From Podarcis erhardii (lineage: Eukaryota), in assembly GCA_964252035.1 (NCBI GenBank), contig CAXUOO010000248.1: DNA of 64,000 bases; one strand, 5' to 3'. Position 1 is the stretch's first letter, and each line of letters starts with the position of its first letter. Made by a program: the position numbers and the translations under genes. Below the pieces are notes generated by a model that was given only the letters and a program-made list of their open reading frames with translations, did not search any database and had not been told where the DNA came from. Positions 24,901 through 37,500 of this stretch are shown here, in pieces.

Positions 24901-27900
24901 AACTCATAAAAAGAAGGAGAGAGCAACAAATGCGAGGAATGTCCCATTCGATTTGACTCGAAGAGTGCTGTGTAAATGTGAAGACACACACTGGCAGACA
25001 CAGCAGTGTTGGGTGTGGATGCAATCTATCAGAGTAGGGTTTGTTGTTGCACTGCTTTGTGTGTGTGGAAGTGGCTCGAAAGAGAAAGCAAGCCATTTTC
25101 GTGAGTGAGCGTTGCTTTCTGCGCAGAAGTTTCACTGCTGCTGCGTCCTCGAGTGTGAGAGTGAGTGGTGTAGCAACAGCAACAGAAGCAGCAAGAAAGA
25201 GCCAACCCGCTACGCAAGGAAATGTCCGTGTGCAGTGGAGAGGGAAACGTGCCTGCGTCTCTGGCAAAAGAGAGGTCGACTTCTTGCAAGTCTTCTTCTC
25301 TCGAAGAACGCAGGCGATTGGCTACTAGATAGACGCGCCCGCCTCCACTGACTAGCGAACAAGGCTGCGAGTGGTCTGCTCTTTCAGCGCGAGGACGAGC
25401 GGGCAGCACCAAACAAGTGAGCAACTGCAGCGCCTCCAACAGCGTGTTTTCGCGAGCAGGATCGAACACCACTGCCACTACGAAGCTCTGCTTGATGTGC
25501 GCGACGGGACTTTGACTGGTGTGACTCAGTCCAGGAAAGTCCAGCAGCAACAGTCGTCTTCCACTGCTCTTGTTGTGGTGGTGGCTTTTGTGGTGGTTTT
25601 TGTGGTGGTGGTGGTTGTGAGAGTCCCCCACCACTGTGGCTCTTGCACCCAGCAACTCAGTACTAGTAGTACTAGTGTTGAGAGAGCAGAAGGAGTTGCA
25701 GCGGTGGGCGACTCTGAGTGCGCAGTCGTTTCTTTTTCTTGCTCTTGTCGAGGCAGCAAGTGGGGCTGTAGTGGTGGGGGTGGGGGTTGTTGCAGCAGCA
25801 GCTCCTGCGCAGAGGCCTCTTCTGTCTCCGCTTCGTCGAAGAAAAAAGGCACTTCGTAGAACTGCGGCGACTTCTGCTGCGGAGCCAGCGCCTCCAGTCG
25901 GCGCAGCATGCGCAACTGCTCCAACTGCGCACTGCCGCTGTCGGCCGCGCCTGCGCCTTCGTCTGCGCCTGCGCCTTTGCGGGTTCGTCGGCGCTGCAGC
26001 AGTTCTTCCACCAAACGGGTTTTTCCGACCCCCGCCGCGCCCACCAACATCAAGTCGATGCAGCGATCTGCCAGCAACTCAAACTCCACTGGAGAAGCAA
26101 CACGACGTCCTCCTCCGCCGTGAAAATAGAGCCCTTTCTTATTTACTGCTCCTTTCTCTTCTCCGCCGTGGAAATAGAGCCCTTTCTTACTTACTGCTCC
26201 TTTCTCTTCCGATGCTGTCGGCCCTTCTCTGTTTTGTGTTTGCCTCTGCTCCTCCACCAGCCACTGCCGACTGCTGCTGCCACTGTTTCGAGCGGCAGTG
26301 CTCAGCAAACGCCCAGCCAAGGAAAGTCCGTCTTCGCTCTTCTTCCTTTCCGTCCTCGCAACAGCCACTGTCTCCTCTTCTCTCTTCTTCTGCTCCTCTC
26401 CTTCTTTTCCTGCTTCTGCATGCGCTCTTCTCTCTTCGCCCTTAACCACCACTTCTTCTTCTGCTTCCTCGTTCACTTGCTGCTTTTCGTTTTCTCTCTC
26501 TCTCTGCGCTGCGTCTTGCTCCGCCTGCTTTTCCGCTGCTTGCAAGTTTCTCTGCAACTGCTCAATCAGTGCTTGTTGCTGCGCAACTTGTTGGCGTCTT
26601 TCTTCTTCGCAACGAACAAGTTCTTCTCGCAGTCCCCGCAGTTCCTCTTCTGTGCGCGCCACTGCTGAAAAAACCAATCTCCACACACTCCTCCAAAGAC
26701 GTCCACTTAACACTCACACTACAACTCTATCTTCTGTCCACGCATGCATCTGCACGAGAACTCTCTCTTTTGTCAACGCATGCATCTGCACGAGAACTCT
26801 ATCTTTTGTCGACGCTTGCATCGTCACTACAACTCTATCTTTTGTCGACGCATGCAGCTTCATTATGAACTCTCTCTTTTGTCGACGCATGCATCGTCTC
26901 GTCACTACTACTCTCTCTTTTGTCGACGCATGCATCTGCACGACAACTCTCTCTTTTGTCGACGCATGCAGCTTCATTATGAACTCTCTCTTTTTGTCGA
27001 CGCATGCATCTGCACGACAACTCTATCTTTTGTCGACGCATGCATCTGCACTACAACTCTATCTTTTGTCGACGCATGCATCTGCACTACAACTCTATCT
27101 TTTGTCGACGCATGCAGCTTCATTATGAACTCTCTCTTTTTGACGACGCATGCATCTGCACGAGAACTCTATCTTTTGTCGACGCATGCAGCTTCATTAT
27201 GAACTCTCTCTTTTTGACGACGCATGCATCTGCACGAGAACTCTATCTTTTGTCGACGCATGCAGCTTCATTATGAACTCTCTCTTTTTGACGACGCATG
27301 CATCTGCACGAGAACTCTATCTTTTGTCGACGCATGCATCTGCACGACAACTCTATCTTTTGTCGACGCATGCAGCTTCATTATGAACTCTCTCTTTTTG
27401 ACGACGCATGCATCTGCACGAGAACTCTATCTTTTGTCGACGCATGCATCTGCACGACAACTCTATCTTTTGTCGACGCATGCAGCTTCATTATGAACTC
27501 TCTCTTTTTGACGACGCATGCATCTGCACGAGAACTCTCTCTTTTGTCGACGCATGCAGCTTCATTATGAACTCTCTCTTTTTGTCGACGCATGCATCTG
27601 CACGACAACTCTATCTTTTGTCGACGCATGCATCTGCACTACAACTCTATCTTTTGTCGACGCATGCAGCTTCATTATGAACTCTCTCTTTTTGACGACG
27701 CATGCATCTGCACGAGAACTCTATCTTTTGTCGACGCATGCATCTGCACGACAACTCTCTCTTTTGTCAACGCATGCATCTGCACGACAACTCTCTCTTT
27801 TGTCGACGCATGCATCGTCACTGCAACTCTATCTTTTTTCGACGCATGCAGCTTCATTATGAGCTCTCTCTTTGTGTCGACGCATGCATCTTCACTACTA

Positions 27901-28513
27901 CTTTATCTGTGGACGCATGCATTTTCATTAGAAACTCTCCCTTTGTGTCAACGCATGCATCTGCACTACAACTCTATCTGTCGACATGTGCGCATGCACC
28001 TTGGTCGACGTGAAGTGGTGGATTTCTTTCTTGTTACGAAGGGCAAAGAAACTAGTGGCTTTCTTTCACTCGTTCTCTCTTTAAAACGGCATCAGTCATT
28101 TTTGCTTTGTATATCAAAAAAAAGGCTCTTCTGAAAAAACTGAGCAAATCATTTTATTTCTTTGAACTACAAAGTACACAGTGCAGTGTGTTTCTTTTGT
28201 GAACGCACTGACTTGCCCTGCTATTTTACAAGTCTTTTAGCATGCAGAGACACACAACACATATGTGTCTACTACTTTGTAGACATGTACTAATTTTAAT
28301 TGTCAGACTGTACACATGCGCTTCACTTATCTCTATCCTGCTATATTCATATACATACAAAAACACATGTGTAGACATGCAAAATACACAAGTACAAAAG
28401 ATAGATCTTGTTTTTTTCTTGCTTTATGAACTTAGGAACATGAACTATACTTGTGAAATGAACAATAAGTTTAGTGTGTGTCTCGAACGAAAAACTGCAG
28501 CACAGCACAAAGA

Positions 28514-28558
<45 letters not shown>

Positions 28559-31500
28559 AAAACTCTTTGCAAAGCAGCCCATCAGTTGATCAGCGTAAAA
28601 AAGACTAGCAAATCAAAGAAATTTCATTTGTGTATAAGAAAAGCGTGAGTCGTAGGGTTCTGCACATGTCAAGCTCTGCATGCAGATGTAGACATGCATT
28701 ATTTGGCTGAGCAGATGTAAACTCACGCCCCACAAAGTGTACACAAACTTTCACGTCTCTCTTTGAGAAACTAAGTGTATAGACAGGAGCCTTAGGGCCT
28801 CAGTATTTGGTCGACAGGAAAATCTTTGATCTTTCAATTGACATTAAAACGAAGAAATGAAGAAAAAACGACGACAGAAATGCCTTACCAGCAGCAGAAG
28901 GTGCAGCATGTGGAGAAAACTTTTTCCGCAACTGCTGCTGAGCTGTGCAGCATGCATTCACTGAGTCAGTAGCACTTGTCATATTGTTGCTGACGCTGCT
29001 GCATTTCGCTAGATTTTCCTTCAACTGCTTGAGCTGCTGGGTGAAGTCTTCGTTGTATTCTGAGTAAATTCACACTCTCGCAGCCACCCATAGTACACAC
29101 TTGTGATTCATGGTTCTTTTTAGTTCAAGTAAAAAAACAAGAAAAAAAGGGCAGCAGCGAAATTACGTACTTATCAATCGACTCTGTTCTACTTGGAAAC
29201 AGCGAAAAAAAGGACAGCGAAACCTGTCTCTGCAAGTACGCGTTTTTCTCCAAATTTCCGTCTACATACACTCAAGTAATCTTGTTCACATATGTGTGCT
29301 GACATTTATACATTGTAGTCTATGAGAAAAAGTAGCAAATATTAAAGAGTGTACAGCCGTGGGTGTGCAGATTCCTCAAACAACTCACATACAAGTGCCC
29401 TTTTTGCTGGAACAAGTCAAAACTTCTCTGTATGCAGACAAACTCACGTAAAAATACACAAGGCGTATATATATAGAGAGAGATCCATAAACGAGGGCTT
29501 GAAGAAACGTGCACGTCTATACAATTGTCTCAACAACAAAAACACTCAATGTCGTGTACTCCTCTATGAGACAACCTATACTCAAATATATACAACACAT
29601 ACATATAAATGTATATGTATATTTGCAGACTTATGCACTAAGTACGTACGGATGACGTTTTACGTGTGTATGTCTGAAGAAATTCGCTGAAAAGAAGCCA
29701 GCAACTTCGGCCCCTCACCTCTAAACGAAGAAACTTCATGCTTAGACAACTGCAGTTCCTTCTGCAAATGCCGCAGAGCTTTGCTCAGCTCTTCGTTCTT
29801 CGCCTGCAGCTGCGACAAGTGATTTTCAGTGTCCGCTTCTTTCTGTCGATGGAGCTTCAATTCGTGTTGAAGTGCATGCGTTTTCTCCAACAGCCCTGCC
29901 ACTTCTCGCGCTTCTTCACGAAGTTTGCGAAGCATGCGACGAGCTAGCAGAGATCGCCACCTGAAGCGCACAGTCATCAACTACATGGCAGCTCTTCTTC
30001 CAAACCCAAACAAACCTACTACGCAGTTCCACATATATACGTATATATGTACAATTCTACAGATATCTATCTATCTATGTATGTATGCAAATGTATGTAT
30101 GTAAATGTATGTATGTATGTAAATGNNNNNNNNNNNNNNNNNNNNNNNNNNNNNNNNNNNNNNNNNNNNNNNNNNNNNNNNNNNNNNNNNNNNNNNNNNN
30201 NNNNNNNNNNNNNNNNNNNNNNNNNNNNNNNNNNNNNNNNNNNNNNNNNNNNNNNNNNNNNNNNNNNNNNNNNNNNNNNNNNNNNNNNNNNNNNNNNNNN
30301 NNNNNNNNNNNNNNNNNNNNNNNNNNNNNNNNNTAGAACCATACAGTCGAGTGTAGATGTTTACCATTCATTTACGGAGACAAAAAAGCACCAGTTGAGA
30401 GCAGCAAGACAGAGAAGACAGACTCGGCAGCGACTGCAGCATTGTGTCTAGTCATGGCTCTTCGACAGTAAAAAAATGTCCTTCAAAACAGTAGCAACAA
30501 GAATAGGATCCACAGTTTGAGGCAGCAAGGGCCTTTATTGCGGCGCTTTACGTAAACAAGACAAATCAACTTTCATTCAACAGTCGCCGCACCACCCACA
30601 GCTACACCGCTACGTTCATTCACGGAAAAATCGACAACTACACACACCCAAATATATATAGAGACTGATACATATATATATATAAATACAGAAGCAGACT
30701 GCTGCAGCAACAGAAATTCAAATAGCACCCACAGCTGTTGGGAAGGCTGCAGGAGCCCAGTAGCGCCACCACTGCATATCCGTAAGGCTTCACCAATACA
30801 TATACATACATATATATGTATGGATTTGTGAATGGAAGAAGGAAAAATTGCAATACAGGTGGAAGCACTAGAGACTTTTCAGGACAATTGAAACAGCGGT
30901 TCAGCATAGGAGAGTGGCAGTAGCAGCTTCAAGAGATGCAAAAAACACACAAAAGCACGGCAATGAGGGGTGAGCGCTGCTACGAAGACTTTCTACAGTG
31001 AAATTGTGCTTCTTTCTTCAACGTGGATCCAAACAAGTTGTTTAGCAGAAAACTTGTCGAAATATATTGTCATAGGCAACTGTGTGTTGTACACATATGA
31101 TGAAAAAAAAGACAGATGCGTTTGCGTTTCAAGCCATCCCCACTGCTGCGTCGCGCCAACTCGTGCCCTTTCTCATTTACTGAAGCATGCAAAAACTGAC
31201 GACTTTTTTCTACAAGTCCCCCACAACCACACTTGACACGACACATTCTTTAAAGACAAATAGCGAGACAAATCTGTTCATTTGTGCAGCAAGAAAGCGT
31301 CTTCTCGCTCGAGCTGTCAACTCNNNNNNNNNNNNNNNNNNNNNNNNNNNNNNNNNNNNNNNNNNNNNNNNNNNNNNNNNNNNNNNNNNNNNNNNNNNNN
31401 NNNNNNNNNNNNNNNNNNNNNNNNNNNNNNNNNNNNNNNNNNNNNNNNNNNNNNNNNNNNNNNNNNNNNNNNNNNNNNNNNNNNNNNNNNNNNNNNNNNN

Positions 31501-34500
31501 NNNNNNNNNNNAAACATACATATGTATAACATACATATATATGATATACATGTGTCGGCGTGTAATTTATCGCACCTTGTTTGGGCTCGCACAGTGGCGG
31601 ATCGAAGAGCGAGGAAGTAGCGCCTTTGTTTGGTGGCTTTCCAAATGGCTTGAATCGTCGCAGCAGCGAGGTGAAAGCGTCGAGTGCGCATGCACAGGCG
31701 AGCCTGTCGGCCGCGCCAGAGCGCCTGGATTTTCTTGGCAGCGCCGACGAGCTGCAAGAAGCGCATGCGTTGGAGAGAGCCTCGAGCGAAGCCCTGCAAA
31801 GTGCGCGCAGCTTTTTCTCGTCGAAGACTGCGCAGGCGGCGCCTAGCCAGGAAGCAGCGCATGCAGCGCTGCAGAAAAAGCGCGGCTGAGCGAGTGAGCA
31901 GAAAGAGGCGCCGCTGCACGAAGGCCTTGAACTGGGCCTGAATGCGCGTGGCTGCAGCCACTCGAGTCTTCATCAGCGCCGAAGCCAGCACCTCGTACGC
32001 CTCGTTCTTCAAAAAACACAGCGTCTTCCCCACTGCCCACGTAGTAGTAGCAGCAGTAGTAGTAGGAGTAGGAGTAGGAGTACTACTGCTAGTGGACAGG
32101 GTGGTGGCGGTTTGTTGGGGGTGGGGGTGGTGGTTGGTGGAGGAAACGGGGGCGGGGGCACTCAAGTGCAGCTTCTGGTCCAGAAACTGCAGCAGGAGCT
32201 CGGCTTTTTCGCGCCAGCTGAGAGCACTCATTTGCCGCGCACCCAAGCCACTCTTCTTTCCAAGCGCCTTTTTCAGTTGCTCCTCCTCCTCCGCCTCCTC
32301 CTCCTCCAGCGGCCTCCCCCCCTGCTGCTGCTGCGCCTGAGGAGGAGCGAAGAAGCCGAGCAAAGCTTGCTGAGCTGCAGAGAGCAGACAGCGAAAGTCT
32401 TCGCAGCCTTCGCGGTGAGAAAGACGCACGGGGTAGCCCGCTCGACTGACTTGCACAGCCTGCAGCACGCCTCCATAGCGCAGCTGCTCGTTCACAGCTG
32501 CTCGGTCGAACACGTCTGGCAAGTTCTGCGGATTCGGCTTGATGCAGCGAATGAAGTGAGGCGCCGTCTGCTCCACAGTCTCCATCAGCGCAGTCAGTTG
32601 CTCGCGAAACTCGCTCGAGACTGTCACGAAGCGGTTGCCGCCAGTGGCTCGGAGAAGCTTCACCTGATTCGCCTCTTTCGTCTCTGCCCCCCCCCCTTCT
32701 CTCCCTTTTGCTGCTCCAGGGGGCCCAGCGCTGCTGCTCCCTTTTTTGCCCGCAGCCTGAGCCCCGAGCGTTGAGGCGGCTCCTCCACTGGGGCTGCTGC
32801 TGTCTCTGCCGCGCACGAGAAAGCGGCTGAAGAGCTGCGCCACGAAGGGCTTCGAGGAGTGCTTGATCGCCGACTGCAGATCCAGCGACAACTGGTCTTT
32901 GTTCTTCTCCAGAAAGCCGTCTGAACAGTACTCCACACTGCCTGCGAAGTGGTGCACGATGAAGCTGTTCGGCTTCGTCTTGATCACGCCGAACCGCTTG
33001 TGGCCTTGAGGCACACACACACAGCCACAGACAGAAGAAACTCCTCGCCCACACACGACATATAGGTGTGTACATACACCTTGTGCGCACGTGTGTGTGT
33101 GTGGACGTGGAAAATTCACAACAACCGCTTTTGAAACTCACACTCACGAAAGCCGTTTCTCTATTCTGCGAAAAAGGAGAGAACGAGAGCTACTACTAGA
33201 GGTGGTGTTCACACCACATGGGTTTGGGGTGTCGAGGAGGTGGCTCGGGTGTACATACACTCCGAGGGGGAGGGTTGTTTCACGGCGCGGGAGGCAGTGT
33301 TCAGACAGTGCGCAGATGGGGACTAAGACAAGATGAGCGAGCTATTATTCTTGTTACACACTCAAGAGTTCGCTGTTTCCACTTGGTGTAGGCTCATAGT
33401 TAGAGTTGCGAAGAAGAGTTGCGAAGATAGTCACACAAAGCTACAGACAGAAAGTTGATGAAACAGAATTGAAAGAGCTGCTAGAAGACACTCGCGCGTC
33501 GTCACAAAGGCAAACTCACGCGGTCTTCAAAAAAATGCACTCTCACAGAGAAACGTACATGCACTTATTCCATCTTCACATACACACATATATACTTACA
33601 TATATATATATATATGTATATGTGGCTGCTTAGTTGAAAAAGGTTGAGGAAAAGTCAGACATAGACAGCAGGACTGCCTACACACGAGGAATGGGTAAAC
33701 TCGGCGCATTTCAAGTGCCGCTGCTGCAAATCGCAGGTGTCTACTGTGTCTCGTTTTCGAAAGCTGTGTTGCAGGCGAAACGAGGCGACGTTGCTGCACT
33801 TTTCAGTGTGTGTTTATTTTCAAAGTAAAGATGGGTGCTGTGAATTCTAGCAAGTGCCCCAGTCAAAAAACACCCACTGACGAAGCGAGCGCCCCTTTTT
33901 TCGCATGCACTTGCACACACACAGTAGACACCTGAATTTGCCGCAAACGGAGAGCCGCACACACAGCGTGGAGTTGCGAAAGGCGCAGCTGTTTCAGCAA
34001 ACACGAGACAGTTTCCACACTCTATTATACTGTATATATATACTGCGAAAAAGAGCAGAAAAGAAGCAGCAGCAGCAGCAGCGTTGCAGCAACGGACAAA
34101 AGAAGAAGAACAACAACAGGAGAGATCTGAGCAGAGAAAGAGCAGAATCTTGGTAAGTTGAGACACAGGAAATTCAAGTGCCGCCTCCTCCTCCTCCAGA
34201 TCATCACCAGGGTACAGAGAAACGGTTCGTTAGCACAGGCAGCACGCAAGTTGCGGCGGCTTCTTTGTGCTGCAATAGAGTATTATCTTGTTGTTGTCGA
34301 TACTACTCGCAGCAGCTGAGCGTGATGTGCACAACAACAGGATGTTCATCGAGACTGTCTGCGAGTTGGATCATGAAGTCCGTAGTAAAATAGCAGCAAG
34401 GCCGCAAAAAGAGCACAAAAACGAGCGACTCAGTGTGTGTCAACAAACCATCCACCCCTCATCTCTATACACTCACACACTCCATGTGCATATATCAGCT

Positions 34501-37500
34501 GCACACTCACACACTTAGACACACGACACGTGGTTCAGCACTAGCACACACACAAAGCAGCGACTTCTCCTGCTGTTCGGGCCCCACTTGCACACACACA
34601 CACACGAGAACAACAAACTCTCCTGCGCGCACACATATATATATATATGTGTGTGTGTGTGGGTGTTTCGTACTGGCATAGCGCTGGTTGATTTTGTGGT
34701 TGAAACTGCGGTCTTTGCCTGCAGGCACCAGACACTCTTCGTCGAGCATGCAGAAGAGACCAGCAGGCTTCGCCTGCAACAGCAAGACGCAGTCGAAGTT
34801 GTCGGGAAAGTCTAGTGGATTCCAGTGAATGCCTTCGGCACGGTAGAGCTGCTCTTCACACTTGAAGACGAAAGTGTTGAAGAAGTTCTGCAGTCGCTCG
34901 TTGGTGAAGTTGATGCAGAGTTGCTCGAAGGAGTTGTGCTGGAAACACTCGAAGCCGAAGATGTCCAAAACGCCGCAGAAAAGCAGCACGTCTGCTGCTC
35001 CACTGCGCACTTGCTCCAGAAAGCCTATCGACTCGTTCGTTTTGGCCACCACTTGCAGAAACAGACAGCCATACAAGGCCCTGCACAGTGCGTCGCGCAT
35101 TTCCGTCGCTTCCTCCACTTTCAGGGGCTTTCTGCGAGAGAAAAAGAAAAAAAAGCGCGGAAAAGAGAGAAGACAGCCACTGAATGGTGTGGTGTGAAGA
35201 GCGCGTTGCGTCGTCTGCTTTTCACGAGAGCAGTTGCGGCAGCACCAGTCAGTGAATTTCAAGGCGCTCGCACTTTTCTTACGCTCGCTCGCACAGCAGA
35301 AATCCCCTTTCGTGTGCATGCGAATCGCCACACATCGAAGCAGCAGTGGACACACACGAGTCGCCACAGGGACAGACAAAGAAAACCAGCCCGCAGACAC
35401 ATGCATGAAGGAAAAATCCCAAATAGCGAGTTGATATTTTTTTTCACCACCGCAGACACATGCATGCAAAAGTCCCAAAATAGCGGGCTGATAGACAGAA
35501 GAAGAGTCAAAGAAAACCAGCACCGCAGACTCGGAATAGCGAGCTGTTTTCTGTGCTGCGTAGCCCCAATTGCAGCTGACTACACTAATAGACAAAGAAG
35601 GAGAAAGGAGACGCTCACCGATAAGACTCGCCGACGGCAGTGATGGTTCTGAAGCAGAGAGCTCGCTGCAGCAGATCTTGTTGGAGCCCGAGCAGCGCAC
35701 AAGCTTTCACCAAGTACTCGAGCGAGCTGTCAGCCAGTTGACTGTCTTCAGAGGAGTTGCGAGGCGCCTCGAAACTCAAGTTGCCCAGACAAAGCACCGC
35801 CTCCACCACCGAGAAAACAGCCTGTTGCTCAGCCAACTGCAGCCCCACAGTGCGCATGGCAGAGACAGTGGCTTCGAAGCCCACGCAGTCGTCGACGCCA
35901 GCCAGCTGCACGCAGGAGCTTTTCGTCAAAAAGCGGAACTTGTCTCGAGGCTCGTAGCCGCGCAAGTCCAGTTGCTCCACCACTGCTGCATGCAGTTTTT
36001 CGCCCCCCACTGAAGCGCTGCTGTCGTCGTCTACTGTGGGCTGCTGCTGCTGTTGTTGTTGCTCGCTGCCTGCTGCACAGGGCAAGTCGTACAAGCCCCC
36101 GAACTCTGCGGCGGCTTCGGCTGCTGCACTCAGTTGGTAGAAAATGTGGAAGTTTCGCTCGCCTTCTTGCTGCTCACACACGCGCACTTTCTCCAGCAAG
36201 TACGTCTGGATCCGAGCTCCGCACAGTCTGCAGTCGCACCGCAGCAAACACAGCAAAAACGCAGTCTCACAATACACAGCCCCCAAATCACACCACACAC
36301 AACTCCATATACGAGAGAAAACCGTGGAGACCCTACAAAGCCCTGCTACAAATTCCCTAGTAGTAGTGTAGTTTCGTAGTAGTAGGAGTTTGCAAGTAGG
36401 AGTAGTTTGGTAGTTGTTGTTGTTGTGCAATTGCAGCAGGACACAGACACACGCTGCCAAACAACCAGCGACAGTGGCGAGAAGGCGTGGAAAAAGCATG
36501 TAGGGAAAATGAACAAGTATAAAACAGCGGTAAAAAGTCGCACAAATGCTGCACAAACACAAACACACATCAACGACGACAGCTATATATATAAATATTT
36601 ACACAGCCGCAGTAGTCGCACACTACTACTAGTAGTATTACTACTTGAAGATTTCTGCTCAGCAAATTGCCGCTCCTAGAAGTGTGCGGTGTGTTGATGT
36701 CCGAAGGAATGACAGTGACGCGTTGCTCGGACGACTGTGCACCATCCACTGGTTCGAATTTTCAGCAATAAAAGGAGTAGTATGCAGCAGTAGTTGGACC
36801 CACCCATGCACAGAGAACAAGTTCCAAGTCGAAAACGAAGGAGTTGTGGCTAGACTGTGCGTAGTGAGATTCGTAGAAATTCGAGTTTTCGGTGGTGCAG
36901 AGCAACGGTGTGGCAAGTGAGGCGAGGCACCTGCAAAAAAGGTGCTCAAATATATGCATTTGGAAACAGCCAAGAAAGCGAGTGCAGTAGCAACACAGCA
37001 GCAGCAGCAGCAGGAGCAAAGTGGGCACTGAAGAAGCAGCAGCAGCAGTAGGTGTAGTAGTGTAGAGAAAGTGGCGAGTGCGTCAAAAGCATCCACATAA
37101 TAAGTGAGAGCTAGACGCTGAGAAGAAGCGGTGTGAGCGCGCCCAGTTTCTCCAACATTCGACTCTCTCCTACCTGCCTCTGCCGACTCCACGAGTTTTG
37201 GGGGTCTCGAACTGCAACTCAATGAATTTCCCAAAGCGACTGCTGTTGTCGTTGCGGAGCGTGCGCGCATTGCCAAAAGCTTCGAGCAAAGGATTGCTTT
37301 CCAGCACTTGCGCCTCGACTTGCGAACGTCTCTGCAAGTCTGCACTGCCCGCGCATGCAAGAAACTTCATCACAAACTTGGTGCTTTCAGTCTTGCCAGC
37401 GCCGCTTTCGCCACTGATCAAAATCGTCTGACAACGCTTGTAGCGACAGAGCCCTTCATACGCAGCCAAACTCGTGGCAAACACGTGGGGCTGTCGCACT

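Larger units (their letters stand above)
29930..31965 (-). other. MyoF: MyoF neck: six IQ motifs
   Basis: [68 protein letters not shown]|WRSLLARR (the last one spans the 31576/29960 splice). Confidence 0.85.

Noticed and set aside
26717-27990. CRISPR-like array of regularly spaced ~36-bp repeats
   Set aside because: The intervening sequences are themselves repeated variants rather than unique spacers, there are no cas genes, and the context is a eukaryotic intron.
26298-28134. Repetitive ORFs ([12 protein letters not shown]..., VDACICTTT...) as a repeat protein
   Set aside because: These are translations of the minisatellite in several frames, inside a MyoF intron.
30047-31846. ORFs running through X characters
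   Set aside because: Artefacts of the N gaps.
32089-33147. Long alternative-frame and antisense ORFs over MyoF exons (also 32112-32774, 25636-26445, 25787-26668, 34825-35643)
   Set aside because: Shadow ORFs caused by stop-poor, GC-rich coding sequence; they have no independent motifs.
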